Notes: generated by a model not told the origin, from the letters alone. A stretch of 60,204 bases of DNA from Desulfobacteraceae bacterium (GCA_030604635.1 JAUVVL010000001.1:1-60204), one strand, 5' to 3'; numbered from the stretch's first letter, positions 47,660-57,570 are shown. Numbers and translations: made by a program.

Positions 47660-47994
47660 TAATGATAGTCCTCCACTCCAAGAATTTTGATTGCTGTTAT
47701 TTGTGTTAAGTCAATTCCGCCATCGTCCTTTCTTGGCAATGGCTCATGATCCGGTTTGAATATGAGACGATAAGGATGTTTTAAATCAACTGCGAATTGA
47801 CCGCTGCGTTTTCCGCTGAGTTCATGTCTTCGTTCAGGTTTTGTATACGGCACTTCAGCCAATACCGATGATGCTCTAAGTACTGCCATGCGGCGCATTA
47901 TCAAACGTGCTTTCTCTGCTCCGAATTCTTTTTTCAGCTCTTTTTCAGAATTAAAGACCTTCTTAAGAGTTTTATTTCTGAAAGCCATATCCAT
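47659..47994 (-). CDS. higB: HigB-like (RelE/ParE superfamily, 'killer protein') toxin
   Basis: 111 aa. HELSGKRSGQFAVDLKHPYRLIFKP. 1-nt overlap with the antitoxin, with the toxin upstream as in higBA. Confidence 0.75.
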   Translation of the reverse strand: MDMAFRNKTLKKVFNSEKELKKEFGAEKARLIMRRMAVLRASSVLAEVPYTKPERRHELSGKRSGQFAVDLKHPYRLIFKPDHEPLPRKDDGGIDLTQITAIKILGVEDYH

Positions 47995-48242
47995 TCTTTA
48001 AAATATCCTTTACCAGACAGGTAAAACATTTTCAAGCCAAATTTAATATTTTAATTCATTTAATCTCGAAAACCACTTCAATTACAGGGACAATATGCCT
48101 ATTTCCCGAAGAACAAAGGCAATAATATGTCTCCTGATTTCCCCTTTGATTCCTTTCCCCCTCTTCTGTCCGTCCGGGCTACAGCCGCTTTGGCTTCCAT
48201 AGTCACGTTATAGAATGAAAATTGTTCTACATCTTTTTAAAT

Positions 48243-48476
48243 GTAATTCAAGCCAACCGCCAGTGTCCGAACCTCTTTGACCCCACATGATAATTTTTCC
48301 CTCTTCTTTGAGTTCTCTTAACAGATTTGAAATATCCATGGGGCTCAACTTCGGAAAGATGTCCTTGAAATCCTGCAAATCACCTTTACTATTTATATTA
48401 AGATGGTTGAGTATTAATTCTTTTTTGCTTTTTACGTGAAATACCTGACAGCCGCCCCTTTTATTCTTGTGTTATG
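48243..48476 (-). pseudogene. C-terminal wHTH fragment of an AlbA_2/Fic-type regulator gene
   Basis: ...LNHLNINSKGDLQDFKDIFPKLSPMDISNLLRELKEEGKIIMWGQRGSDTGGW. Homologous to the remnant at ~46470-46525. Confidence 0.45.
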
Positions 48477-48661
48477 GTTTTGTCATCCTGGCTCGGTGTC
48501 GGGTCACCGCTGGGATGATTATGCACCAGAATAAGGGATGAAGCCGATTCCCGTACGGCAGGGTTGAAAACTTCTCGAGGATGGGCTAGGCTTTGGCTTA
48601 AAAGACCCACAGTTGGGCAACGTGCCTCTCTCCGGCTCGCCCAATCTTTTTCTTTCACCAT
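48461..48661 (-). pseudogene. RadC-like JAB/MPN domain fragment
   Basis: [38 protein letters not shown]. Truncated at both ends. Confidence 0.65.
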
Positions 48662-48887
48662 GGATTGAACCTGATGGTATAATATCTTAGGTTTTAGTCA
48701 AGAAATTTTACCTGCCATTTTCAGCGTTTAACCGGGTATAGCAGGAAATCTGGCGTTAAGCTTGTTGCGCCCTTTTGACAGACAAGGGCAAAGTAATTTA
48801 TTTGCTTGACTTGCATAAAGCATAACATATTAATAGAAAATAAAGACCATTAATTAAAAAAATAAAATTTAATATTTAAAAATCTAT

Positions 48888-49478
48888 ATGATCATCAAAT
48901 CTGCTGAATTTGTTAAAAGCGCAGTCAAGCCTTCACAGTATCCTTCCGCGGAATTGCCGGAGATCGCTTTTGCAGGGCGTTCCAACGTGGGAAAATCTTC
49001 TCTGATCAATACACTCGTAAACCGCAAACATCTGGTAAAGACCAGCTCCACACCGGGGCGAACCCAGCTTATCAACTTTTTTATCATCAACAAAGCATTT
49101 TTGTTTGTAGACCTTCCGGGATATGGGTATGCCAGGGTTCCGGCTTCTGTAAAGAAATCGTGGGGCCCCATGGTTGAGACATACCTTTCAACAAGAAAGA
49201 CGTTAAAAGGGGTGGTTCTCATCATGGATATCCGTCGGAAACCCGGGCTGCAAGAGCTCAACTTTATTGACTGGCTTGATTATTATAGTATTTCCAGCAT
49301 ATTGATACTTACAAAAACCGATAAACTCTCCAAAACAAAACAGATTAAGCAGCGTCTTTCCATAGCAAAAGACCTTGGCGTCGATAACAATGCCCTGATC
49401 CTGTTTTCCGCTAAATCAAGCCGTGGAAAAGATTCTGTTTGGGATGCAGTTGATCGATTGATCGATATTAGTACATAG
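48888..49478 (+). CDS. engB: Ribosome-biogenesis GTPase YihA/YsxC
   Basis: 196 aa. AFAGRSNVGKSSLIN, DLPGYGY and TKTDK. Confidence 0.92.
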   Translation: MIIKSAEFVKSAVKPSQYPSAELPEIAFAGRSNVGKSSLINTLVNRKHLVKTSSTPGRTQLINFFIINKAFLFVDLPGYGYARVPASVKKSWGPMVETYLSTRKTLKGVVLIMDIRRKPGLQELNFIDWLDYYSISSILILTKTDKLSKTKQIKQRLSIAKDLGVDNNALILFSAKSSRGKDSVWDAVDRLIDIST

Positions 49479-49496
49479 AGAGATGAAAAGCATAAC

Positions 49497-50405
49497 ATGT
49501 CGAATCTAAAGAATAAATATTCAGACTTTAAATCCGGGTATATTGCCATTGCAGGCGCTCCCAATGTGGGGAAATCGACACTTTTAAACCAGATGCTGGG
49601 CGAAAAGATTTCAATTACCTCCAAAAAACCGCAAACTACCCGTAACCGTATCCTCGGCATTGTACACAGACCGTCATCACAACTGGTTTTCATCGATACT
49701 CCCGGGATCCACAAAGCAATACGCACGTTAAACATCAGAATTGTGGCTGCAGCCCTTTCAGCTCTGGTTGATGTGGATATTGTCCTTATTGTCGTTGACG
49801 TAGCAAACCCGGACCCGGAATCTGAGGCTTATCTGGTAAGGAAACTAAAAAATCAAAAACAGCCAGTTGTTCTTGTCCTTAATAAGATAGACCTTGTTGA
49901 AAAATCTAAGCTGCTAAAGATTATAGATAAATGGGCAAAGGCGCATGTCTTTGAGGCTATAATACCGGTTTCCGCTATTCTTGGAGCCCAGGTTGAAGAA
50001 CTCCTTGAGGCTTTGGAAGCTCTGCTGCCAAAAGGCCCGCCCTTTTTTCCTGAAGAAGCACTCACCGATTTGTCGGAACGCTTTATTGCCGCTGAAATGA
50101 TACGTGAAAAAGTTTTTCGTTTAAGCGGCCAGGAAATACCTTATTCCACAGCAGTCTCTGTAGATTCATTTTCCGAAGAGAAAAAAGGCGCCCTTGTAAA
50201 AATTCATGCAACGATTCATGTTGAACGTGCCTCACAGAAAGGTATGATAATCGGAAAAGACGGGAGCAGGCTGAAAATGATCGGTATTGAGGCCAGAAAA
50301 GAAATAGAACGGATGGTGGGCGCAAAGGTTTTTCTAAAGCTTTTTGTACGGGTACATAAAAACTGGAGTAAAGACACAAAAGCCCTTAGAAGATTTGGTT
50401 ATTGA
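49497..50405 (+). CDS. era: GTPase Era
   Basis: 302 aa. IAGAPNVGKSTLLN, DTPG, NKID and a C-terminal KH domain (VERASQKGMIIGKDG). Confidence 0.93.
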   Translation: MSNLKNKYSDFKSGYIAIAGAPNVGKSTLLNQMLGEKISITSKKPQTTRNRILGIVHRPSSQLVFIDTPGIHKAIRTLNIRIVAAALSALVDVDIVLIVVDVANPDPESEAYLVRKLKNQKQPVVLVLNKIDLVEKSKLLKIIDKWAKAHVFEAIIPVSAILGAQVEELLEALEALLPKGPPFFPEEALTDLSERFIAAEMIREKVFRLSGQEIPYSTAVSVDSFSEEKKGALVKIHATIHVERASQKGMIIGKDGSRLKMIGIEARKEIERMVGAKVFLKLFVRVHKNWSKDTKALRRFGY

Positions 50406-51253
50406 TGATCCTTTCCTATCACCCCTGCTTTGAGGCAGATAAAAATCTACTCTGCGCGGGACGGGAGCCCGGTGCTGATGATCTTATAACAATCAAAGCC
50501 GCCGATGCCGTCATCCTGCCCCAGGGATGCTATCAATCCCTCTACGAAATGGCGCGTAACAATTGTAGGCATGTCTTCCCCAATTTCGATGCAAGATTCA
50601 AATATACAAGTAAAATCGGTCAGGCTCAGCTTTTTCAGGAACAAAATGTTGCCCATCCAAAGACCGAAACATATCTAAATCTTGACGCTTTTTCCAAACA
50701 TTATGGCGGTTTTCCAAAAAAGGTTGCTTTGAATTTTCCGTTTGTATTCAAGTTTGACTGGGGCGGAGAAGGGGATCAAGTTTATTTGATAAAGTCGGCT
50801 TCAGAATTTCTGAATGTTTTGCAAACCGCCGAAAACTTTGAAAAGACCGGACAGACGGGTTTTATAATCCAGGAATATATTCCTTCAAAAAACAGGTCGT
50901 TAAGAGTTGTTGTCATCGGCCGGACATATATTTCCTACTGGCGGATTCAGAACTACACCGAATGCTTTTGCTCCAATCTGGCCAAAGGGGCTGTTATCGA
51001 TGCCGATGCCGATCCGGATCTGCAGGAGGCTGCCGTGAAATCGGTAAATGATTTTTGTTTTCGGACCGGCATCAACATGGCTGGTTTCGATGTTCTGTTT
51101 TCATTTGATGAGAAAATAAAAAAACCTCTGTTTCTCGAAATAAACTATTATTTCGGTCGAAGAGGTCTGGGAGGGTCTGAAAGATTTTATGAAATACTTA
51201 ATACAGAAATCACAAAGTGGCTTGCCCGAATTTCTCATGAAGAATGTATCTGA
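50402..51253 (+). CDS. ATP-grasp fold protein (RimK-like)
   Basis: 283 aa. FPFVFKFDWGGEGDQVYLI, FIIQEYIP, AGFDVLF. 4-nt overlap with era. Confidence 0.6.
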   Translation: MMILSYHPCFEADKNLLCAGREPGADDLITIKAADAVILPQGCYQSLYEMARNNCRHVFPNFDARFKYTSKIGQAQLFQEQNVAHPKTETYLNLDAFSKHYGGFPKKVALNFPFVFKFDWGGEGDQVYLIKSASEFLNVLQTAENFEKTGQTGFIIQEYIPSKNRSLRVVVIGRTYISYWRIQNYTECFCSNLAKGAVIDADADPDLQEAAVKSVNDFCFRTGINMAGFDVLFSFDEKIKKPLFLEINYYFGRRGLGGSERFYEILNTEITKWLARISHEECI

Positions 51254-51441
51254 CTTTTAAAAATATTTTAGAATTGATGGTTTCGTAAAAAGTCAAAACT
51301 TGCTGAATTATTCAATTTTGCGCATTCATAATGTCTTTAAATAATTCGCAATTCCTTAATCCCTAAATTCCTTAATCCATGTAAAAAGGACTTTGTACAT
51401 GGGCATCAAGAATTAATAATTTCAAAAAATAGTGCGTAAAT

Positions 51442-51750
51442 ATGAAACCATTTGCAATTGATCTGAATGAGTCGGATATAAAGAGAGAACGCCTCAAAGC
51501 CAGACAGCTCAGGGCGTCACAGTGGTGGAAACGTCGCCTGGCCAAAGGTGTCTGCTACTACTGCGGCCGCTCTGTGTCCCCAAAAGAACTCACCATGGAC
51601 CATATAGTGCCCATCGCCCGTGGCGGCCGAAGCACAAAAGGGAACGTGGTTGCAGCATGCAAGGAATGCAACAACGCAAAAAAGCAGCTTCTTCCAATGG
51701 AATGGGAGCAGTACTTAAAGGACATTCAGTTTAACCCGAATTCCTCATGA
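51442..51750 (+). CDS. HNH endonuclease
   Basis: CYYCGRSVSPKELTMDHIVPIARGGRSTKGNVVAACKECNNAKK. Confidence 0.85.
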   Translation: MKPFAIDLNESDIKRERLKARQLRASQWWKRRLAKGVCYYCGRSVSPKELTMDHIVPIARGGRSTKGNVVAACKECNNAKKQLLPMEWEQYLKDIQFNPNSS

Positions 51751-51875
51751 AGAATTCATATGGCTTTTTTACCTTTTTATTCTTTGGGATATCGACGCCA
51801 CCCTTTTTTTCTTGTAACATTTTATCCCTTTGAAAATATTATCGCATTGTGGGACACGTTTTTCATAAAGCTAAA

Positions 51876-52946
51876 TTAATACTTTTTCTTTTGTTTTTTT
51901 GTTCGGTACAGATTTTTATCTGCATTTCTTAGTAGTTGTAACGGGGTCCTGATCGACTTGTCTTCGGTAGATGCCACCCCAAAGCTGATGGAGACTCGAA
52001 TTGCAATTTTCCCTGTTTGCAAGGGGTTTTTTGAGAAATATATCATGAGGCGAGACATGAGACGTTCTGCATTTTCAGCAGAAGTTTGAGGAAGAATAAC
52101 GACAAATTCATCTCCGGCAAACCTTGCGACAACGTCGGTTTCCCGGCTTATTTTAATCAATTGTTCTGCAACGTGTTTTAATAGATCATCCCCGCGATCA
52201 TGCCCGTAGGTGTCATTTACCCCCTTAAAATCGTCAAGGTCGATAAAGGCAACCGAAAGGCTGTTTTCGTATCTGATTGCACGGACAAATTCCCTTTTTA
52301 GAACGTGCTCCATGACTCTCCGGTTAAGCAGGCCTGTAAGCGGATCACGGTTGGCAAGAAACTTTAATCTTTCATGGGCAGCAACATTTGAAAGGCAGAG
52401 CGACATCTTCACGGCAAGATGTTCAAGGAGGCTTGTGTCAAGGCCGGCATGGAAACGCGATTTGGAAATATCCCCCTGGTTCAGGCTGCCGATAATTTCA
52501 CCGTCAAAAGAAATAGGGGCTACGGCCAAAGACTTGATAACATATTTTGTATGCCGGGGGAAAAGCTTGAAATATGGCTTTAAATTGTCGTTAACAAGTT
52601 TCGGCTTCATCGTGTGGCCGACAAGTTGTGTAAACGAGCTTCTATTGATCAGGTTCAGGTGTTTCTTCAGAATATTGGAAGACTCCAGGGAACGGATAAG
52701 GCTGGACAACTCGCTCTTTTCAATTAAGGAGAGCCATACATAAGGCACATCGAATTTTTCTCTGATTTCTGACAGGAGTTCTTCGAAAAGATCCCGGAAA
52801 TTTAGTATGGAGAGAATTTTTTTTTCAACCAAAAAGAAGTTTTGAGCTATTTCTTCATTTTCACTTAATCTTTCAAATAATTTTTGAGTTGCTTTTTCGT
52901 CGTTTTTCCTTAATGTCCTTAATATATCAACAATAGAGTCTTGCAT
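51876..52946 (-). CDS. Diguanylate cyclase (GAF-like sensor + GGDEF)
   Basis: 356 aa. DPLTGLLNRR, FIDLDDFKGVNDTYGH and RFAGDEFVVILP. Confidence 0.88.
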   Translation of the reverse strand: MQDSIVDILRTLRKNDEKATQKLFERLSENEEIAQNFFLVEKKILSILNFRDLFEELLSEIREKFDVPYVWLSLIEKSELSSLIRSLESSNILKKHLNLINRSSFTQLVGHTMKPKLVNDNLKPYFKLFPRHTKYVIKSLAVAPISFDGEIIGSLNQGDISKSRFHAGLDTSLLEHLAVKMSLCLSNVAAHERLKFLANRDPLTGLLNRRVMEHVLKREFVRAIRYENSLSVAFIDLDDFKGVNDTYGHDRGDDLLKHVAEQLIKISRETDVVARFAGDEFVVILPQTSAENAERLMSRLMIYFSKNPLQTGKIAIRVSISFGVASTEDKSIRTPLQLLRNADKNLYRTKKQKKKY

Positions 52947-53192
52947 GGTTTTTCGTCATTGAATAGTTGAAAATGTTAAATTTGTCGAGATGTAAGATCT
53001 GCTCCCAACTAGCTAATCCGAATTTCCTTGGAACTATACGCTGATTTGGATCTTCACTCAAGAAATACTTGCATAGCCCGGATATTTCACGGGCAGGAAG
53101 AAAAAAGCTTGTGCAACAATTTTCATGCTTGAATTTTACTTTTGTTATTGCTAAAGTTCGCCAATCAATAAACCAAAGAGGAGGTATTAATA

Positions 53193-53405
53193 ATGGCACA
53201 AATTGACATAAAGCAACTCGGGTTAAAAATTGGACAGGCTGTGGCTTATATCCTGGGTTCGGCTCTTTTCTGTTACAACATTACCGCCTTCAAGGTAGAG
53301 AAACACGGTTCGTACTACTTTTTGGACAAGAACCAGTATTGGCTTGCTGTTGGGGTGGCCCTGATTGCACTGGGTTTGATTATCAGGCACTGGAAGAAGC
53401 TGTAA
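53193..53405 (+). CDS. Small membrane protein
   Basis: 70 aa with a strong RBS (AGAGGAGG) and two hydrophobic helices. Confidence 0.55.
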   Translation: MAQIDIKQLGLKIGQAVAYILGSALFCYNITAFKVEKHGSYYFLDKNQYWLAVGVALIALGLIIRHWKKL

Positions 53406-53536
53406 CCCCCTTGTTCCTTCACATACCATGTAGTGTAATTGTAACCAAGTTTTGAGACATAAATTCAGAAACAGCGGGGAATTTCGGATTTAGCCTGACA
53501 GGACTTTTCGTTCAGGCACTAATTAGCGGGGGCGGT

Positions 53537-54580
53537 TCATGACGAGACTGCCAATCTGTCCTCTGCAAGGGATGGATCCGGGATAATTTCGAGTGATTTG
53601 ATGTGAAATTTTCTTTTCAGAGTTTCGACGTTCTTATTCTTTAAACCTCTCATTTTGGAGATGCTTCGCGGGTTAACCTTTATGGTAATTGTTTTATGCG
53701 ATACTTTTTCAGTTTCCATGATGGCTGTGGCCATATCAAGAAAAATTTCTGAATAAACCAGGTGTCCGAAGGCAGGATGGTAAGGTCCTGCCACGATTGC
53801 TGCGCCTTTTTCAAAATTCTCCGATGCCTGAAGCCCCATACGGATGACCGGGATCTTTTTATTTCTGAAAAAAAGGTAAAGTTTTGTAACAAAGGTAACA
53901 CATCGTTCGAGGGGCCAGGGCGTATATTTTCCTTTTTGATACCATAGGGCAAGACGGCTGTTTGCAAGAACAACCGTAGGATAAACTCTGACAAAATCAG
54001 GAGAAAGATCTGCAATCCTGTGCGCTGTAGCCAGTGATTTGGTTTCGTCATCACCAGGCAGCCCAACCATCATCTGCAAACCGATTTCATAGTTTCGCTT
54101 CTTTAGCTGCGCCACTGCATTTTCCGTATCTAATGCCGTGTGTCCCCGTTTTGCCATGAGCAGCACCCGGTCATCCATGGATTGAACACCGATTTCAATG
54201 GTTGAAACCGGATAATCTTCAAGGATATCAAGCCGTTCATGGTCTATGGTATCAGGCCGTGTGGAAAACCGGATACTGTCAATGCTGCCGTTCTTGACGA
54301 ATTTTGTCGATTCATCAAGAAGAAGTTTGATGTAATCTTTATTTAGACCCAGAAAATTTCCACCGTAGAATGCCACCTGAACCGACTGCCTCTGTCTGTT
54401 TTTATATTTTAGAAATTCATTTATATGAAAACGAAGTTTTTCGGGGGTGAAAATGTCATGCTTTACACCAGTGATGGATGTCTGGTTGCAGAAGGCGCAC
54501 TGGTGTGGGCACCCGACATGGGGTAAAAAAATTGGAATGATAAAAGGTCGGTTCATCGAGTATTCAGTGACAAGTATCAA
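53537..54580 (-). CDS. Radical SAM protein (ELP3-like family)
   Basis: 347 aa. IPIFLPHVGCPHQCAFCNQ. 4-nt overlap with rnc. Confidence 0.8.
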   Translation of the reverse strand: MILVTEYSMNRPFIIPIFLPHVGCPHQCAFCNQTSITGVKHDIFTPEKLRFHINEFLKYKNRQRQSVQVAFYGGNFLGLNKDYIKLLLDESTKFVKNGSIDSIRFSTRPDTIDHERLDILEDYPVSTIEIGVQSMDDRVLLMAKRGHTALDTENAVAQLKKRNYEIGLQMMVGLPGDDETKSLATAHRIADLSPDFVRVYPTVVLANSRLALWYQKGKYTPWPLERCVTFVTKLYLFFRNKKIPVIRMGLQASENFEKGAAIVAGPYHPAFGHLVYSEIFLDMATAIMETEKVSHKTITIKVNPRSISKMRGLKNKNVETLKRKFHIKSLEIIPDPSLAEDRLAVSS

Positions 54581-55275
54581 GCACCAGATTTTAAAATATC
54601 AAGGCCTTTTCTGGCAGCATCTTGTTCAGCCATCTTCTTGCTCTTTCCGATGCCTTCTGTCTGGAGTTCTCCCGCTTTCAACTGGACCCGAAAGGTCTTG
54701 TCATGGTCCGGGCCGCTTTCGTGAATAACTCTGTAAGTCGGGATTAACCTGTGCGTCACCTGGACAAGCTCCTGAATCTGGCTTTTGTAGTCATGATTTG
54801 TTGTTGGCGTTGTCATAGAATTCAGCAGGGATGAAAAATGGCTGTCAATGATTTTGAAGGCAGCATCTAAACCGCCATCCAGGTAGACCGCCGCAATGAC
54901 TGCTTCAAATGTGTCAGCCAATATGGATTTCTTTTCCCGGCCTTTTGTCTGAATCTCTCCTTTGCCGAGTTGTATATAAGAACCAAGATCTATTTTACGG
55001 GCAATTGATGCAAGTTGAGATTCATTGACCAGGTTGGCTCGCATCCTGGACAAATCACCCTCTGTTAAGTCCGGGTAGCGCTGCATAAGAATGTGTCCCA
55101 CAACTAGATTCAAAACCGCATCCCCCAGAAATTCAAGCCGCTCATTATCCTGAATATCGGCATCGGTTTGTTCATTGACAAATGAACTGTGTCTAATGGA
55201 TTCGTAAAGAAGATCTGTATTCTTAAATTCATAGCGAAGTTTACGCTTGAATTCAGAAAGATCTGTTTGTGCCAT
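54577..55275 (-). CDS. rnc: Ribonuclease III
   Basis: 232 aa. NERLEFLGDAVL, DTFEAVIAAVYLD and a C-terminal dsRBD. Confidence 0.93.
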   Translation of the reverse strand: MAQTDLSEFKRKLRYEFKNTDLLYESIRHSSFVNEQTDADIQDNERLEFLGDAVLNLVVGHILMQRYPDLTEGDLSRMRANLVNESQLASIARKIDLGSYIQLGKGEIQTKGREKKSILADTFEAVIAAVYLDGGLDAAFKIIDSHFSSLLNSMTTPTTNHDYKSQIQELVQVTHRLIPTYRVIHESGPDHDKTFRVQLKAGELQTEGIGKSKKMAEQDAARKGLDILKSGA

Positions 55276-55297
55276 CTGGGTTCCTTGTTTGCAGGAT

Positions 55298-56155
55298 TTA
55301 GGTTAAACTTGAAATTAGTTTCTCGTACAATGCATAAGGTATAAAGAGATTGCCCTTGCCTGAACCCATTCTTATTTCAGGCTTTATAGGGCCATGAAAG
55401 TCTGTACCACCTGTTATCAATAAGCCGTGGCGATTTGCAATCTCAGTATAACAGGCAATACGTTCCGGCGTGTGCTCCGGATAATAGACTTCTATTCCTT
55501 TCAGCCCCATTTCAGTTAGAGTGATAATCAGGTTTTCAAGGACCGCATCATTTTTGATTTGAAGAAGAAATGGATGGGCCAGAACAGGAATCCCTCCGGC
55601 ACCCAGTATGATTTCGATTGCTCTGGCGCCGTCAATACGATATTTGTCAACATATGCTGGTTTGCCTTTTGACAGGTACTTGGCAAATGCTTCGTCAATC
55701 GATTGAGCAAAGCCTTTTTTTACCATTAGACATGCAATGTGAGGTCTTCCAATCTGACATTCTCCCACCTCATTCCGGACCTCGTTTAATGTAAGTTCGA
55801 AACCCATACGGTTAAGCAGTTCAATAATCTTGGGGTTTCGATTCTTCCTGGACTCTTGGAGTAGGGCAAGTGTATGGTTCAAGACAGGATCATCTATATT
55901 GATTGCATAACCCAAAACATGGAAGCTTCCGGGACAGTGAAAAGATGGCGGTGGAGACGCGCTTATTTCAATACCGGTTAAGAATTTAACGTAAGGGGGT
56001 ATCCCAAATGCAAGGGCATCTTTAGAACCATTGATGGTATCGTGATCTGTAATCGCAATAGCCCCGAGGTTAAGTTTTTGGGCCATAGCTAGGATTTCTA
56101 ATGGAGAAAGTGATCCGTCAGAGGCGGTTGAATGAATATGAAGGTCGATTTTCAC
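55298..56155 (-). CDS. PHP-domain phosphoesterase (TrpH/YciV-like)
   Basis: VKIDLHIHSTASDGS, AITDHD, GTDFHG. GTG at 56155 avoids the overlap with dksA that the longer track ORF would create. Confidence 0.8.
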   Translation of the reverse strand: MKIDLHIHSTASDGSLSPLEILAMAQKLNLGAIAITDHDTINGSKDALAFGIPPYVKFLTGIEISASPPPSFHCPGSFHVLGYAINIDDPVLNHTLALLQESRKNRNPKIIELLNRMGFELTLNEVRNEVGECQIGRPHIACLMVKKGFAQSIDEAFAKYLSKGKPAYVDKYRIDGARAIEIILGAGGIPVLAHPFLLQIKNDAVLENLIITLTEMGLKGIEVYYPEHTPERIACYTEIANRHGLLITGGTDFHGPIKPEIRMGSGKGNLFIPYALYEKLISSLT

Positions 56156-56162
56156 ATGTTGA

Positions 56163-56525
56163 TTATAACCCAAGAGCCTTCTCAAAAGCTTCTTCTTTGG
56201 TTTTACAGTCAATACAGTGAGTTGTAACGGGTCTTGCCTTGAGACGTTTAAGCGCAATATGTTCACCGCATTTTTCACAAACTCCGAAAGTACCGTTTTC
56301 AATACGGCCAAGGGCTTTTCTTATCTTCTTAATAAGCTTGTTTTCTCTGTCTCGTATGCGAAGCATAAAATTCCGGTCTGCTTCAAGGGAAGCACGGTCT
56401 GTGGGATCCGGAAAATTTTCTTTCGGGGTAGTCATCCCTGAGACAGTATTATCTGCATGGTTCAAAAGCTCTTCCAATCGGTTGGTTAGAAACTCTTTAA
56501 AATGTTCAATATCCTTATTCTTCAT
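56163..56525 (-). CDS. dksA: DksA/TraR-family zinc-finger regulator
   Basis: 120 aa. CEKCGEHI...RPVTTHCIDC. Confidence 0.88.
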   Translation of the reverse strand: MKNKDIEHFKEFLTNRLEELLNHADNTVSGMTTPKENFPDPTDRASLEADRNFMLRIRDRENKLIKKIRKALGRIENGTFGVCEKCGEHIALKRLKARPVTTHCIDCKTKEEAFEKALGL

Positions 56526-57027
56526 GATCAGGCCTTTGAAATTATAAAATATCTAACTTTTTAAAAAATATACAATTTACATCAATTATTTTTCAATGTA
56601 AAGACAAAATTTGCATTTTTTTACTATTTTTGGGATTTGTCTTTTTAAAGCTGATATGTTTTTATAAACTGCTATCCAGAATTCCTCATGAAAAAGTTTA
56701 ATTGACTAATCTTTTTATGTTTTTTAATATCTCGAAAGCCACATACCTTGTGGGCAGCGGACAACGGCATCAAGGGGCAAATATTATTAGTTAAAGAAAA
56801 GGTAACTGCTCAGGTATCTTGCCACTAAGGCACGCCGACTTCGCCAAAGCAGCTGCGACGGCTGAACAAGTCACCAAGATTATTGAATATTATTTTTCTA
56901 CTTTTTTCTTGCAATGCGTTCTTTTCTTTCAGATAAGAGTGTAAAATTGATATTTTTTTTATTTCTTTTGTGCTTTTGTGTCTTAGTGGCTGAATAGTAA
57001 CAAGAAAAGAATAAAAGGGGTGGTGCA

Positions 57028-57267
57028 ATGGAGAAAAGCGCAGACAACTATCAGGCTGAATACAAAAAAATAACCATAAGAACCTCGGATGGATCGACCA
57101 TATATGGAAAGGTAAACATCGCTGAAAAAGATAGAGTGTCTGATATCTTCACCAGCAGCGAAGACCTTTTCGTTATAATGGTTGATGTTTCTTGCGAAGA
57201 TAGCTTCGGTAGGACAATGTTTGTCAACAAAAGGCATATTGTTTGGGCGGAACCCGAAGAGCTATAA
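57028..57267 (+). CDS. Small hypothetical protein
   Basis: 79-aa ORF with no recognised family. Confidence 0.4.
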   Translation: MEKSADNYQAEYKKITIRTSDGSTIYGKVNIAEKDRVSDIFTSSEDLFVIMVDVSCEDSFGRTMFVNKRHIVWAEPEEL

Positions 57268-57284
57268 AAGTAGCATAACTCCTT

Positions 57285-57570
57285 CTATCCCGCATTTCTC
57301 ATGAAGAATTTATCTGGCCTTTATTTTTGTTAGTAAATATAAAGATATTAATCACTTAAATTGGCATAGACGGATTATTTGATTAATCACTCTGATATTT
57401 ATCTTTTTTTAGATAAATTTTTCACCAAAGGCGAGCCAGAGCGGCGCAGTGCCTTCGGCATGACTCCTTCGGCGTCTGCGTTATTCAGCCCTTGAAGTAG
57501 AGTATACTACGTCTTCGGGCTGAAATGCCTTGTTCCTGCACCGCTCGGGCTCGTGAGAAATGCGGGATAG
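57285..57570. mobile_element. MITE-like 286-bp element with 17-bp perfect terminal inverted repeats and a long internal hairpin
   Basis: CTATCCCGCATTTCTCA at 57285-57301 and its exact reverse complement at 57554-57570. Internal arms are 57433-57449/57536-57552 and 57483-57491/57517-57526. Confidence 0.6.

Noticed and set aside
50402-51750. ATP-grasp + HNH genes after era as a possible accessory module
   Set aside because: The ATP-grasp gene overlaps era by 4 nt and looks like part of the housekeeping operon. HNH is separated by 190 nt that carry REP-like motifs. I have no evidence of a functional link, so it is left as ordinary annotation.
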